52,133 bases of DNA, from the NCBI GenBank assembly GCA_005881235.1, contig VBEQ01000154.1:1-52133 (forward strand). The letters are read 5' to 3'. This stretch comes from Chloroflexota bacterium (GTDB lineage Bacteria; Chloroflexota; Dormibacteria; CF-121). The notes below the pieces were generated by a model. It was not told where the DNA came from. It made no database searches and was given only the letters and a program-made list of their open reading frames with translations. Both the position numbers and the translations under genes were made by a program. This document shows, piece by piece, positions 1 to 8,413 of this stretch (position 1 is the first letter of the stretch; every line of letters begins with the position of its first letter).

Positions 1-227
1 ACTCGATCCATGCCGCGCTTGCTCGCCGCGTCGCCGCGGATGATGTTGCCACCGCCGACCACGATCGCGAACTGGGTGTTGTACTTGGACTTCACCGCGA
101 TGATGTCCTCAGCGATGTCGTTGACGACATCGGGATCGATGCCGAAGGCCGCTTTGCCGGCGAGTCCCTCGCCTCCCAGCTTGAGGAGCACCCGATTGTA
201 GCGCGGCAGAGCCGACGGCTTGATCAC
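1..227 (-). CDS. pyrH: UMP kinase, N-terminal fragment (gene runs off the left edge)
   Basis: Own reverse-strand translation from GTG 227-225 gives [74 protein letters not shown]. This is an amino-acid-kinase N-terminus with the LKLGGE and VVGGGN motifs. It follows the canonical rpsB-tsf-pyrH order. It is absent from the ORF track because it is truncated. Confidence 0.85.
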   Translation of the reverse strand, partial: MIKPSALPRYNRVLLKLGGEGLAGKAAFGIDPDVVNDIAEDIIAVKSKYNTQFAIVVGGGNIIRGDAASKRGMDR

Positions 228-244
228 TGCATGACGTGGCTGGA

Positions 245-844
245 CTAGCTGGCTTCTCCGACCTTGAAACGCGCGAAACGGGAAATCGTTATGTTCTCGC
301 CAAGTTTCGCGATCGCCTCTTTGAGCATCTGGTCCACGGTCCGCTTGTCGTCCTTGGCCCAGGCCTGGTCGAGCAGGACCTCACGCTTGTAGAAGTCGTT
401 CATCTTGCCCTGGATGATCTTTTCGATCACCGCCTCCGGCTTTTTCTGATCCTTGGCCTGCGCCTCGAAGATGGCGCGCTCCCGGTCGAGCACATCCGCG
501 GGCACATCCTCTCGCCGCAGGTATTTCGGCTCCGCGGCGGCGATGTGGACGGCAATCTCATGCGCCAGGTGGCGGAACTCATCGTTACGGGCGACGAAGT
601 CGCTTTCACTGTTCAGCTCCAGGAGGACGCCCAGCTGGTGGTTGTGATGGACGTAGGTGGCAATGATGCCCTCCCGCGCAGTGCGGGTCGCTTTGGCACC
701 AGCCTTGGCCATGCCTTTCTGGCGCAGCCAGTCCTTGGCCTTCTCGAGGTCGCCGTTGGTGGCCTCCAGGGCGCGCTTCGAGTCCATCATCCCCGCGCCG
801 GTTGCGTCACGCAGCGCCTTGACCTGGTCTGCCGAAATGGCCAT
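245..844 (-). CDS. tsf: Elongation factor Ts (short form, 199 aa)
   Basis: N-terminal UBA-like EF-Ts signature [37 protein letters not shown]. It lies immediately downstream of rpsB. Confidence 0.95.
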   Translation of the reverse strand: MAISADQVKALRDATGAGMMDSKRALEATNGDLEKAKDWLRQKGMAKAGAKATRTAREGIIATYVHHNHQLGVLLELNSESDFVARNDEFRHLAHEIAVHIAAAEPKYLRREDVPADVLDRERAIFEAQAKDQKKPEAVIEKIIQGKMNDFYKREVLLDQAWAKDDKRTVDQMLKEAIAKLGENITISRFARFKVGEAS

Positions 845-846
845 GG

Positions 847-1683
847 CTATTTCTCGTCGTCCAGGGCTTCGTCCTCGTAGAACTCAGCCTCGTTGACGGT
901 TGGCATTCCAGCAAAGCTCTTTTCCTCTTCTTCCTCTTCTTCCACACCAAATTCGAACTCGGTGACCGGAACCTCAGGTGCCACGGCGAGCTCCTCCGGG
1001 CTGATCAGCTGGCGCGCCTCCAGGGCCGCGTCGGCAATCTTCGAGGTGATCAGCTTGACGGCGCGGATGGCGTCGTCGTTTCCAGGGATGACGTGGTCGA
1101 TCTCGTCCGGGTCACAGTTGGAGTCCGTGATGGCCACGATCGGGATGCCGAGCTTGCGAGCCTCGGTGATGGCGATGTGCTCCTTGCGCGGGTCGACGAC
1201 GTAGACCGCACCAGGGAGACGCTTCATCTCCGCCATCCCGCCAAAGAAGCGCTCGAGCCGCTGGTACTCCTCTTCCAGCTGGGTAATCGCTTTCTTGCTG
1301 CCGGTGAATCCGCCGTTGTTGCGGATGGCCCGGAGGCTGTTGAGGCGTTCGATCTGGCGCCGCATGACCGTGAAGTTGGTGAGCATCCCGCCCATCCAGC
1401 GGTGATTCACGAACGGCATGCCCGAGCGCCGGGCCTCCAGTTCGATCGATTCCTGGGCCTGTTTCTTGGTGCCGATGAAGAGCACCAGCCGGCCACCGCC
1501 GACGACCTCCTTGACCCAGTTGGAGGCGTCGTCCAGCAGCTTGACCGTCTGCTGGAGGTCGATGATGTGGATCCCGTTGCGAGCGGTGAAGATGTACCGC
1601 TTCATCTTCGGATTCCAGCGGCTGGTCTGATGGCCGAAGTGGACACCAGCCTCGAGGAGTTGCTTGAGCGTCACGAGTGGCAT
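847..1683 (-). CDS. rpsB: 30S ribosomal protein S2 with acidic C-terminal tail
   Basis: S2 signatures [24 protein letters not shown] and [14 protein letters not shown] lies 11 nt upstream of the ATG (1695-1699). Confidence 0.97.
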   Translation of the reverse strand: MPLVTLKQLLEAGVHFGHQTSRWNPKMKRYIFTARNGIHIIDLQQTVKLLDDASNWVKEVVGGGRLVLFIGTKKQAQESIELEARRSGMPFVNHRWMGGMLTNFTVMRRQIERLNSLRAIRNNGGFTGSKKAITQLEEEYQRLERFFGGMAEMKRLPGAVYVVDPRKEHIAITEARKLGIPIVAITDSNCDPDEIDHVIPGNDDAIRAVKLITSKIADAALEARQLISPEELAVAPEVPVTEFEFGVEEEEEEEKSFAGMPTVNEAEFYEDEALDDEK

Positions 1684-1788
1684 GCGAAAACGAACCTCCT
1701 GTTTCTACTTCCGCCTCCGTCATCCGGCCCGCGGACCTGTGCTCAGGCAACCCGTGGCCGTCGAGAGGCGTGCTTATTTGCTCGCCAA

Positions 1789-1817
1789 AGTATAGCCGCT
1801 GCCCGCGAGTCTGAAAC
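1789..1817 (-). promoter_or_regulatory. Candidate sigma70-type promoter of rpsB-tsf-pyrH
   Basis: On the minus strand there is a TATACT -10 (1794-1789). A weak -35 (GTTTCA/TTCAGA) lies 15-17 nt upstream, within the 139-nt topA-rpsB spacer. This is a motif match only. Confidence 0.3.
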
Positions 1818-1822
1818 CCGGG

Positions 1823-4153
1823 TTAGGCCGCGGGAACGGTCGGCTTCCTGGTGCGGGGGCCCCGGGGTCGGGCGCTGGTGCGGGCGGCCCGCTCCGGTTT
1901 GCACGCCGGGTAGTCGGAGCAGCTCTTGAACTCCCCGTACCGTCCCTGGCGCAGCACCTGCGGCTTGCCGCACCGTGGGCAGGGATCGTCCATCAATAGT
2001 TCGCTGGCGGCGGGAGGCGCCACCGTTCGCTTGCCACCTTCGATGTAGCGGCAGTCGGGATAGCCGGAGCAGCCGACGAAGCTGCCGAATCGTCCCTTGC
2101 GGTTGAGCAGCGGCTTGCCGCAGGTGGGGCAGACGCGGCCTTCGACGACGTCGGCCGGGTTGATCTCGCGCTTCACGTAGCGGCATTTCGGATATCCGGA
2201 ACAGGCGACAAAGGGGCCGCGCTTTCCAGTGCGCGTCACCAGCGGCTTGCCGCATTTCGGGCACATCTCGCCGGTGGGCTCCGGTGGCGGCGCCTTCTCC
2301 TGGCCCTCGCGACCCTGGATGTAATCGCACTCGGGATACAGCGAGCAGCCGACGAACTCGCCGAGCTTGCTCATGCGGTAGACGAGACGGCCAGTGCGTC
2401 CCTCTTGCTTGCACTTGGGACAGTCCTCGCCGGTTTCCCGCATCGGGACCTTGACGCGCGCCGTGGCCTCGGCCTTGGTCAACGTCTTGGAGAAGGGCGC
2501 ATAGAACTCGCGAACGATCGGCACCCACTTGCGCCGCCCTTCCTCGACGTCGTCGAGCTCCTCCTCCATGCCGGCGGTGAAGGTGACGTCGACGATGTCC
2601 GGGAAATGCTCCACGAGCCACCCATTGACCGTCTTGCCAAGGTCGGTTGGGAAGAGCCGGCGCTCCTCTTGCTTGACGTAGTGGCGCGTCTGGATGACCT
2701 CGACGGTCGGCGCAAAGGTGCTCGGCCGGCCGACGCCGAGCTCTTCGAGCGCCTTGATCAAGGAAGCCTCCGTGTAGCGCGGCGGCGGCTGCGTGAAATG
2801 CTGCTCCGGCTTCAGCTCCCGCAGGTTGAGGCCTTCGTCGACGGCGAGCGCGGGCAGCTCCTTCTCCTCGTCGTTATCGCTGTCGCGCTCCCAGACGCGA
2901 TAGAAGCCGTCGAAGACCAACACCGAGCCGTTCGCGCGGAACACGTAGTCGGCGGCACCGATGTCAACGCGCGTCTGCGCGAAACGCGCCTGGGTCATCT
3001 GGCTGGCCGTGAAGCGCTGCCAGATCAGCCGATAGAGCCTGAGCAAGTCGGGCGTGAGAAAGTTGCGCAGGGAATCCGGCGTGCGTTCGACGTCGGTCGG
3101 CCGGATCGCCTCGTGGGCGTCCTGCACCGGGCCCTTGGCCTTGAACTCCACCTTGTCACGGCGGGCATAGGTCGGCCCGTACTGGTCGGTGATGAAGCGT
3201 CGCGCCGCCGTGCTCGCGTCGTCCGAGATGCGGAAGGAGTCGGTGCGCATATACGTGATCAGGCCCACCGGTCCCTGACTGCCGAGCTCGACCCCTTCGT
3301 AGAGCTGTTGCGCCAGGCTCATCGTCCGGTTCGGCTTCATCCGCAGCCGGTTCGACGCATCCTGCTGCAGCGTGCTGGTCTTGTATGGCGGCGGCGCATT
3401 CCGCGTGCTGTCCTTGGTCTCGATCGACAGGACCTTGTAGCTGGCGCCGTCGAGTTGCGCCACGATCTCATTGATCTGGCTTTCTTCTTTGAGCTCGAGC
3501 TTCTCGTCGCTGCCCTGCTTGCTGTACAGGCGGGCGGCGAAGATGCGCTGCGGGAGGTCGATCTTGGAGAGCATCGCGTCGAGCGTCCAGGATTCGACGG
3601 GAACGAACTTATCGATCTCTTCTTCCCGCTCGCAAACCAGCCGGACCGCAACAGATTGCACGCGGCCGGCACTGAGGCCCTTTCGAATCTTCTTCCAGAG
3701 CAAGGGGCTCAGCTTGTAGCCGACGAGCCGGTCGATCACGCGGCGAGCCTGCTGCGCATCGACGAGATCCTGATTCATCGGACGCAACGCGTTGAGCGCC
3801 TTTTCCACAGCGGTGGGCGTGATCTCATGCAACTCGATGCGGCGTGGGTCCTTCAGGTTGAGGACGTGCGCAAGATGCCAGGCGATCGCCTCGCCCTCAC
3901 GGTCCGGGTCGGATGCCAGGAGGATTTCAGAAGCGCCCTTGGCGGCGGCTTTCAAATCCTTGATCGTCGATTCCTTTCCCGGAATCGTCACGTATTCCGG
4001 CTTGAAGGAATGCTCGATATCGATCCCGAGCGTGCTCTTCGGCAGGTCGCGCACATGACCCATCGACGCGCGAATGTCGTACTTGGCACCAAGAAACCGG
4101 CCAAGCGTCTTGGCCTTCGCAGGGGATTCAACGATGATCAGTGGGTTTGCCAT
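1823..4153 (-). CDS. topA: DNA topoisomerase I with four C-terminal CxxC...CxxxxC zinc ribbons
   Basis: N-terminal Toprim IIVESPAKAKTLGRFLG...GHVRDLP. Four repeats of CPxCG...C(S)GYPxC sit at the C-terminus. Length 776 aa. Confidence 0.97.
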   Translation of the reverse strand: MANPLIIVESPAKAKTLGRFLGAKYDIRASMGHVRDLPKSTLGIDIEHSFKPEYVTIPGKESTIKDLKAAAKGASEILLASDPDREGEAIAWHLAHVLNLKDPRRIELHEITPTAVEKALNALRPMNQDLVDAQQARRVIDRLVGYKLSPLLWKKIRKGLSAGRVQSVAVRLVCEREEEIDKFVPVESWTLDAMLSKIDLPQRIFAARLYSKQGSDEKLELKEESQINEIVAQLDGASYKVLSIETKDSTRNAPPPYKTSTLQQDASNRLRMKPNRTMSLAQQLYEGVELGSQGPVGLITYMRTDSFRISDDASTAARRFITDQYGPTYARRDKVEFKAKGPVQDAHEAIRPTDVERTPDSLRNFLTPDLLRLYRLIWQRFTASQMTQARFAQTRVDIGAADYVFRANGSVLVFDGFYRVWERDSDNDEEKELPALAVDEGLNLRELKPEQHFTQPPPRYTEASLIKALEELGVGRPSTFAPTVEVIQTRHYVKQEERRLFPTDLGKTVNGWLVEHFPDIVDVTFTAGMEEELDDVEEGRRKWVPIVREFYAPFSKTLTKAEATARVKVPMRETGEDCPKCKQEGRTGRLVYRMSKLGEFVGCSLYPECDYIQGREGQEKAPPPEPTGEMCPKCGKPLVTRTGKRGPFVACSGYPKCRYVKREINPADVVEGRVCPTCGKPLLNRKGRFGSFVGCSGYPDCRYIEGGKRTVAPPAASELLMDDPCPRCGKPQVLRQGRYGEFKSCSDYPACKPERAARTSARPRGPRTRKPTVPAA

Positions 4154-4154
4154 G

Positions 4155-5048
4155 TCAGGCTGGAGAACAGCGGGTGACCGCCCCGCAGTCGCCGATTATA
4201 TAGCCGCTCATTTCCAACAATGTCAAGCGCCGACTCACTTCCTTGACGTCAAGGTTCATCATGACCGCCAATTCATCATGATGGCGCGGTTCTACCCAAT
4301 CAAGCAATTCCCAAACGGCAAAGAGTTCAGGTTCTTGCGGTCCCGAGTCCGCGCGCGTACGCGCACGCGTGTGCGCGTGTACACGCGCCTGCGCTCGCGC
4401 GCGTGCGCGCGCGAGGTCGGCAAATTCCTCCAGCACGTCCTCAACGGTCTGCACCAGTTTTGCGCCGTCTTTGATGAGCTGATGACCGCCGACCGCGAGT
4501 GGGTTCTCGATACTGCCCGGGACGCAGAACACCTCGCGTCCTTGCTCGCCCGCCATGCGCGCCGTGATCAGCGCGCCACTTCGCTGCGCCGCCTCAACCA
4601 CAACGACGCCGAGGCTGAGGCCGCTGATGATGCGATTGCGCACGGGAAACCGACCGGGCAGCGGCAGCGTCCCGTTCTCGGCCTCGGTGATGACAGCGCC
4701 CGACGCGGCAATCGCTTGCGCCAGCTCGGCATGTTCGGGTGGATAGATCCGGTCCAGTCCCGTGGCCATCACCGCGACTGTTGGACTCCTCCCTTCCAGG
4801 GCGCCCCGGTGCGCCGCGGCATCGATGCCACGGGCCAGCCCGCTGACCACCACCACCCCGGCGTCCGACAGGTCGCGTGCCAGCCGCTGGGCGGTGCGAC
4901 GACCGTAGGGGGTCGCGTGCCGCGAGCCGACGATGGCGATCATCGGCTCAGATGGCAGCTGCCCGTTGACGAAGAGCCGCGCCGGCGGGTCATGGATTTG
5001 CTTGAGCCGCGCCGGATAGTCCGGATCGCTGAGCCAAACGAGGTTCAT
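4155..5048 (-). CDS. dprA: DNA processing protein DprA/Smf
   Basis: Starts at the internal ATG 5048, which forms an ATGA overlap with the comM stop. The translation reads MNLVWLSDPDYPARLKQIHDPPARLF...IAIVGSRHATPYG...VVSGLARGIDAAAHRGAL...GRFPVRNRIISGLS, the DprA Rossmann-like core. The 450-aa track ORF is an artefactual N-terminal extension into comM. Confidence 0.9.
   Translation of the reverse strand: MNLVWLSDPDYPARLKQIHDPPARLFVNGQLPSEPMIAIVGSRHATPYGRRTAQRLARDLSDAGVVVVSGLARGIDAAAHRGALEGRSPTVAVMATGLDRIYPPEHAELAQAIAASGAVITEAENGTLPLPGRFPVRNRIISGLSLGVVVVEAAQRSGALITARMAGEQGREVFCVPGSIENPLAVGGHQLIKDGAKLVQTVEDVLEEFADLARARARAQARVHAHTRARTRADSGPQEPELFAVWELLDWVEPRHHDELAVMMNLDVKEVSRRLTLLEMSGYIIGDCGAVTRCSPA
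4350..4413. repeat. Alternating pyrimidine-purine (CG/CA/TG) low-complexity tract
   Basis: 4350-4388 is 39 nt of perfect Py-Pu alternation and 4396-4413 is a second 18-nt run. The tract encodes the ARARARAQARVHAHTRARTRA linker of DprA. Confidence 0.8.
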
Positions 5049-6550
5049 CCGCTTTCGCGGTACTGGAGCGCCTCGGCCACGTGCGCTTGCTCGATGTCGC
5101 TGCATCCCTCCAGGTCGGCGATGGTGCGGGCAACGCGTTGCACCCGGTGGACCGCGCGGCCGCTGAGCTGCAGCCGCTCGGCGGCGGCCTCCAGCAGCGC
5201 CTGACCCTGCGCGTCCAGGGGGGCGTCCCGTCGGAGCTGCGGACCCGTGAGCGCGCCATTCCAGGGACCCTGTGGCCGGCACTCCCGCTGGCGGGCGCGA
5301 GCACCGATCACTCGCTCCCGAACCGTGGCGCTCGACTCGGCCGCCGGCGCGGTCCGCAGCAGTTCGCCGGCCGCCTGCCGCGGCACCATCACCTGCAGAT
5401 CGATCCGGTCCCGAATCGGCCCGGAGAGCCGGGCGCGGTAGCGCTGGCGTTCCAGCGGCGTGCACTCGCACAGTTGGCGCGGGTCGCCCGCGAAGCCACA
5501 GGGGCACGGATTCGATGCCGCGACCAGGATGAAGCGAGCCGGGAGCACCGCGTGGCCGCGGGAGCGGGCCACCGCCAAACGTCCCTCTTCGAGCGGCTGG
5601 CGCAGCGCCTCGAGGGCGTCCCGTCGGAACTCGGTGATCTCATCCATGAACAACACCCCGCGGTGCGCGCGCGTGACCTCCCCAGGTCGCGGAGCCGCGC
5701 CGCCTCCGCCAACCAGGGCGGCCGGCGAGATGCTGTGGTGAGGAGCCCGAAACGGCGGGACCTCGAGCAATCCGGCGCCGGCGGGCAGCATCCCGACACA
5801 GGACGCGATCGAGGTCACCTCGACGGCGTCCCGCCGGTTGAGTGGGGGCATGATCCCCGGGAGGGCCCGGGCCAGGAGTGTCTTGCCGGTTCCCGGCGGA
5901 CCGACCAACAGGAGATGATGCGCGCCCGCGGCCGCGACCTCGAGCGCGCGCTTGGCGTACGGCTGACCGTGGATGTCGGCCAGGTCGACGTGAGCGGGTG
6001 GATTGGCGGATGACGACTGGGCGACCGACGATGCCTCCAGCGGCTCGCCCGACTCCCAGTGGGCTTTGAGCTGTCGAAGATGGTCGACGCCCACCACCGT
6101 CGCTGCCGTGGCGATTTTCGCCTCGGCCACATTGGCGCTTGGCACGTAGAAGCGCCGCACCCCGAGGCGGTCGAGGTGGGCAACGATCGCCAGCGTGCCG
6201 CGGATCGCGCGCAGCGTCCCGTCCAGGGCGAGCTCGCCCAGCCAGGCGGCATCGCCCGGCAGGCCACGCTCCTGGCAGGCGTTGACGATGGCCGCGGCCA
6301 TCGCCAGGTCGAAGCCACTCCCCTCTTTGGGAAGCTGTGCCGGCGCGAGGTTGATCGTCACTTTGCGGCCGGGAAACTCGAAGCCGCTGTTGTTGATCGC
6401 GATCTTCACGCGTTCGCGGGCTTCCTGAAGGGCGCGGTCGCCGAGTCCCACGATGTGGAACCCGGGGAGGCCGTCGGCAATGTTCGCCTCCACCTCAACC
6501 CGGACACCATCGAGGCCGAACACCGTCCCGGAGAGGGCCCTGGCGAGCAC
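5045..6550 (-). CDS. comM: Mg-chelatase-like AAA+ ATPase ComM/YifB
   Basis: N-terminal Lon-protease-like domain (VEVEANIADGLPGFHIVGLGD...INLAPA...KEGSGFDLAMA). Walker A LLLVGPPGTGKTLLA and Walker B VLFMDEITEF are present. GTG start at 6550. Confidence 0.93.
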   Translation of the reverse strand: MLARALSGTVFGLDGVRVEVEANIADGLPGFHIVGLGDRALQEARERVKIAINNSGFEFPGRKVTINLAPAQLPKEGSGFDLAMAAAIVNACQERGLPGDAAWLGELALDGTLRAIRGTLAIVAHLDRLGVRRFYVPSANVAEAKIATAATVVGVDHLRQLKAHWESGEPLEASSVAQSSSANPPAHVDLADIHGQPYAKRALEVAAAGAHHLLLVGPPGTGKTLLARALPGIMPPLNRRDAVEVTSIASCVGMLPAGAGLLEVPPFRAPHHSISPAALVGGGGAAPRPGEVTRAHRGVLFMDEITEFRRDALEALRQPLEEGRLAVARSRGHAVLPARFILVAASNPCPCGFAGDPRQLCECTPLERQRYRARLSGPIRDRIDLQVMVPRQAAGELLRTAPAAESSATVRERVIGARARQRECRPQGPWNGALTGPQLRRDAPLDAQGQALLEAAAERLQLSGRAVHRVQRVARTIADLEGCSDIEQAHVAEALQYRESG

Positions 6551-6584
6551 CAGCGCCGATATTACACTAGTTTGTCTATCTGCG

Positions 6585-6956
6585 CTAGCTAGTACCCGGC
6601 GTCGTTTCGCGGCGCTTCAACTCGCGCAAGGCGATCAAGCCCTGGATCAGGAAGTAGAGGATCAGCACCCGAATGACAATGCCCTGGTAGCTACCTGCCG
6701 CGGCGGTCAGCACGCCGTCGATGGCGTAGAGTCCGGTGGCGATCCCCAGCGCCAGCAACGACCCGCGCATCGTGAAGTATCCGAAGACGATCAGGATCGC
6801 CCCCTCGACGGCAAACACCTCTGGCAGGACCTGGGCCCGGGCCAATGCGGCGACGAGACCGAGCAGTATCGTCAAAGCGCCGATGACGTAGAGAGCGACG
6901 TAGGCGTTGCGATAGCGGCGCCGAAGTTTCGACTCGTCGAGCGCCTTCATCGTCAC
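6585..6956 (-). CDS. Hypothetical membrane protein (3-4 predicted TM helices)
   Basis: 123-aa ORF with hydrophobic stretches YVALYVIGALTILLGLVAAL, GAILIVFGYF and VIRVLILYFLIQGLIAL. I recognise no family. Confidence 0.55.
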   Translation of the reverse strand: MTMKALDESKLRRRYRNAYVALYVIGALTILLGLVAALARAQVLPEVFAVEGAILIVFGYFTMRGSLLALGIATGLYAIDGVLTAAAGSYQGIVIRVLILYFLIQGLIALRELKRRETTPGTS

Positions 6957-6973
6957 CCTCCCTTCCCCGATGA

Positions 6974-7597
6974 TTGGCCGATGACCGTCATCCTAGCGCC
7001 ATGCTTCGCCGGGTAGGCGCACATCCCATGCAGTGGAGGCACGTCGCCGCACGCGCTCTAGGATGGGTGACCACCCTGCCCTATCGGTGGCGCCGCAACG
7101 TCCACCTCGGACCGCGCCTCCTGGGGAATGGCCGGCTGCGGATTTCCGGTCCCGGGCGCGTGGAGGTGGGGGCTGACGTCAATGCCTGGTCACACGCCGA
7201 GGTCAATCGCCTCATCACCACCCGCCCGGAAGCGGTCATCCGCATCGGTCGCCACGCGCGGCTGAACGGCTGCACCATCGTCGCCGCCGAGCGGGTCGAG
7301 GTCGGGGCGGACTGCGTGCTGGGCTCCTGCGAGCTCCGGGACCATCTCCCCTATTCCGAGTCGCCGGTCGATCGCCGGCGCTCGGGGCCGGCCCAACCGG
7401 TGGTGATCGAGGACAACGTCTGGATCGGCGGACAGGTCTCGATCCTTCCCGGAGTCCGGATCGGGCGCGACACGGTCGTCGGCATCCACGCTGTCGTCTT
7501 CGGCGACGTTCCGCCCGGGGTCATCGTCGGCGGGAATCCCGCACGGGTGCTTCGGCGGCTTGATTCTCGCGCCAGCGGGGATAATCGAGACGAGTGA
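6974..7597 (+). CDS. Left-handed beta-helix (hexapeptide repeat) acyl/acetyltransferase
   Basis: C-terminal hexapeptide signature VIEDNVWIGGQVSILPGVRIGRDTVVGIHAVVFGDVPPGVIVGGNPARVL. The exact start is uncertain. Confidence 0.75.
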   Translation: MADDRHPSAMLRRVGAHPMQWRHVAARALGWVTTLPYRWRRNVHLGPRLLGNGRLRISGPGRVEVGADVNAWSHAEVNRLITTRPEAVIRIGRHARLNGCTIVAAERVEVGADCVLGSCELRDHLPYSESPVDRRRSGPAQPVVIEDNVWIGGQVSILPGVRIGRDTVVGIHAVVFGDVPPGVIVGGNPARVLRRLDSRASGDNRDE

Positions 7598-7779
7598 AGA
7601 CCAACCCACCGCCGCCGACCTGCGACCAGTGCAAGCACATGCCCCGCTGGGAGCGGATCAACGGGCCGGACCAGTCCGTCCGGCTCGACGACGGGCGGGA
7701 GGTGACGCGCCGAGGCCAGGTCTGGGTGTGCACCCATTGCGGCCACCAGGTACCGGTCTCGTTCGAGGCATGGACCTGA
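7594..7779 (+). CDS. 61-aa zinc-ribbon microprotein (CxxC ... CxxC)
   Basis: MKTNPPPPTCDQCKHMP...VWVCTHCGHQV. The GTG start overlaps the upstream stop as GTGA (7594-7597), and the 3' end overlaps the Nudix ATG by 10 nt. The two Cys pairs fit a zinc ribbon. Confidence 0.5.
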   Translation: MKTNPPPPTCDQCKHMPRWERINGPDQSVRLDDGREVTRRGQVWVCTHCGHQVPVSFEAWT

Positions 7780-8366
7780 CGACCGCCGCCAGCACCCGCC
7801 TCGAGCGGCTCCGCCAGGTGCTCGAGCATCGCGTCCGGCGCACCATCGACACGGCGCCACCGCTGATCCGCGCCGGGGTTCTGATTCCCCTGGTGTCGCG
7901 CGGCCACGACATCGAGGTGCTCTTCACGCGGCGCACGGACACGGTCTTGACGCACAAGGGCCAGATCTCTTTCCCGGGTGGGCAGCGCGAGGACTCCGAC
8001 GTGGAGACGGTCGAGACCGCCCTGCGCGAAAGCTACGAAGAGATCGGCCTCGAGCCATCGCGTGTGACCGTGCTCGGTGAGCTGGACGACGTCTTCACCG
8101 CGGTCAGCAGCTTTGTCATCACCCCTGTGGTCGGCCTGGTCGAGGGCGGCATCGATGACCTTGTGCCGGCGCCGGACGAGGTGAAGAGTCTGCTGGTGGT
8201 CCCGGTCGCCCAGCTACTGGATCCGCAGGTCCACACGACCGAGACGCGCAGCTTGGGCGAGCAGCGGTATCGAATTCATTACTACACCGTCGGCGACGAC
8301 GTCATCTGGGGCGCCACCGGCCGGATCGTCTACCAGTTCCTCAAGGCCTGGGAAGAAGCCGCCTGA
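7770..8366 (+). CDS. Nudix hydrolase, CoA-pyrophosphatase type
   Basis: Nudix box GGQREDSDVETVETALRESYEEIGL, preceded by the CoA-type motif LFTRRTDTVLTHKGQISFPGG. Starts at the internal ATG 7770 of the 268-aa track ORF. Confidence 0.85.
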   Translation: MDLTTAASTRLERLRQVLEHRVRRTIDTAPPLIRAGVLIPLVSRGHDIEVLFTRRTDTVLTHKGQISFPGGQREDSDVETVETALRESYEEIGLEPSRVTVLGELDDVFTAVSSFVITPVVGLVEGGIDDLVPAPDEVKSLLVVPVAQLLDPQVHTTETRSLGEQRYRIHYYTVGDDVIWGATGRIVYQFLKAWEEAA

Positions 8367-8413
8367 CCACCGCCGGCTCGTTTCTCGAAGCAACCATCGA
8401 ATCGCAACCGGAT

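Noticed and set aside
2405-4177. 590-aa plus-strand ORF overlapping topA. Similar cases are 1093-1929, 5081-6013, 13977-14714 and 15506-16357.
   Set aside because: These are antisense shadow frames of strongly supported minus-strand genes. Their translations are Arg/Gly/Pro/Leu/Asp-rich low-complexity sequence with no motifs, as expected for open antisense frames in GC-rich DNA.
5049-5507. N-terminal 153 codons of the 450-aa track ORF containing dprA.
   Set aside because: It lies entirely inside comM in another frame and is Arg/Gly/Ala/Pro-rich. The internal ATG 5048 forms an ATGA overlap with the comM stop and gives a normal-length DprA.
6551-6584. AT-rich 34-nt spacer before comM with a minus-strand TAATAT 8 nt upstream of the GTG start (leaderless-mRNA idea), plus small palindromes (CTAGCTAG, ACTAGT).
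   Set aside because: There is no acceptable -35 at 16-18 nt, the spacer is very short, and comM may simply be co-transcribed with the upstream membrane-protein gene. I cannot support it from sequence alone.
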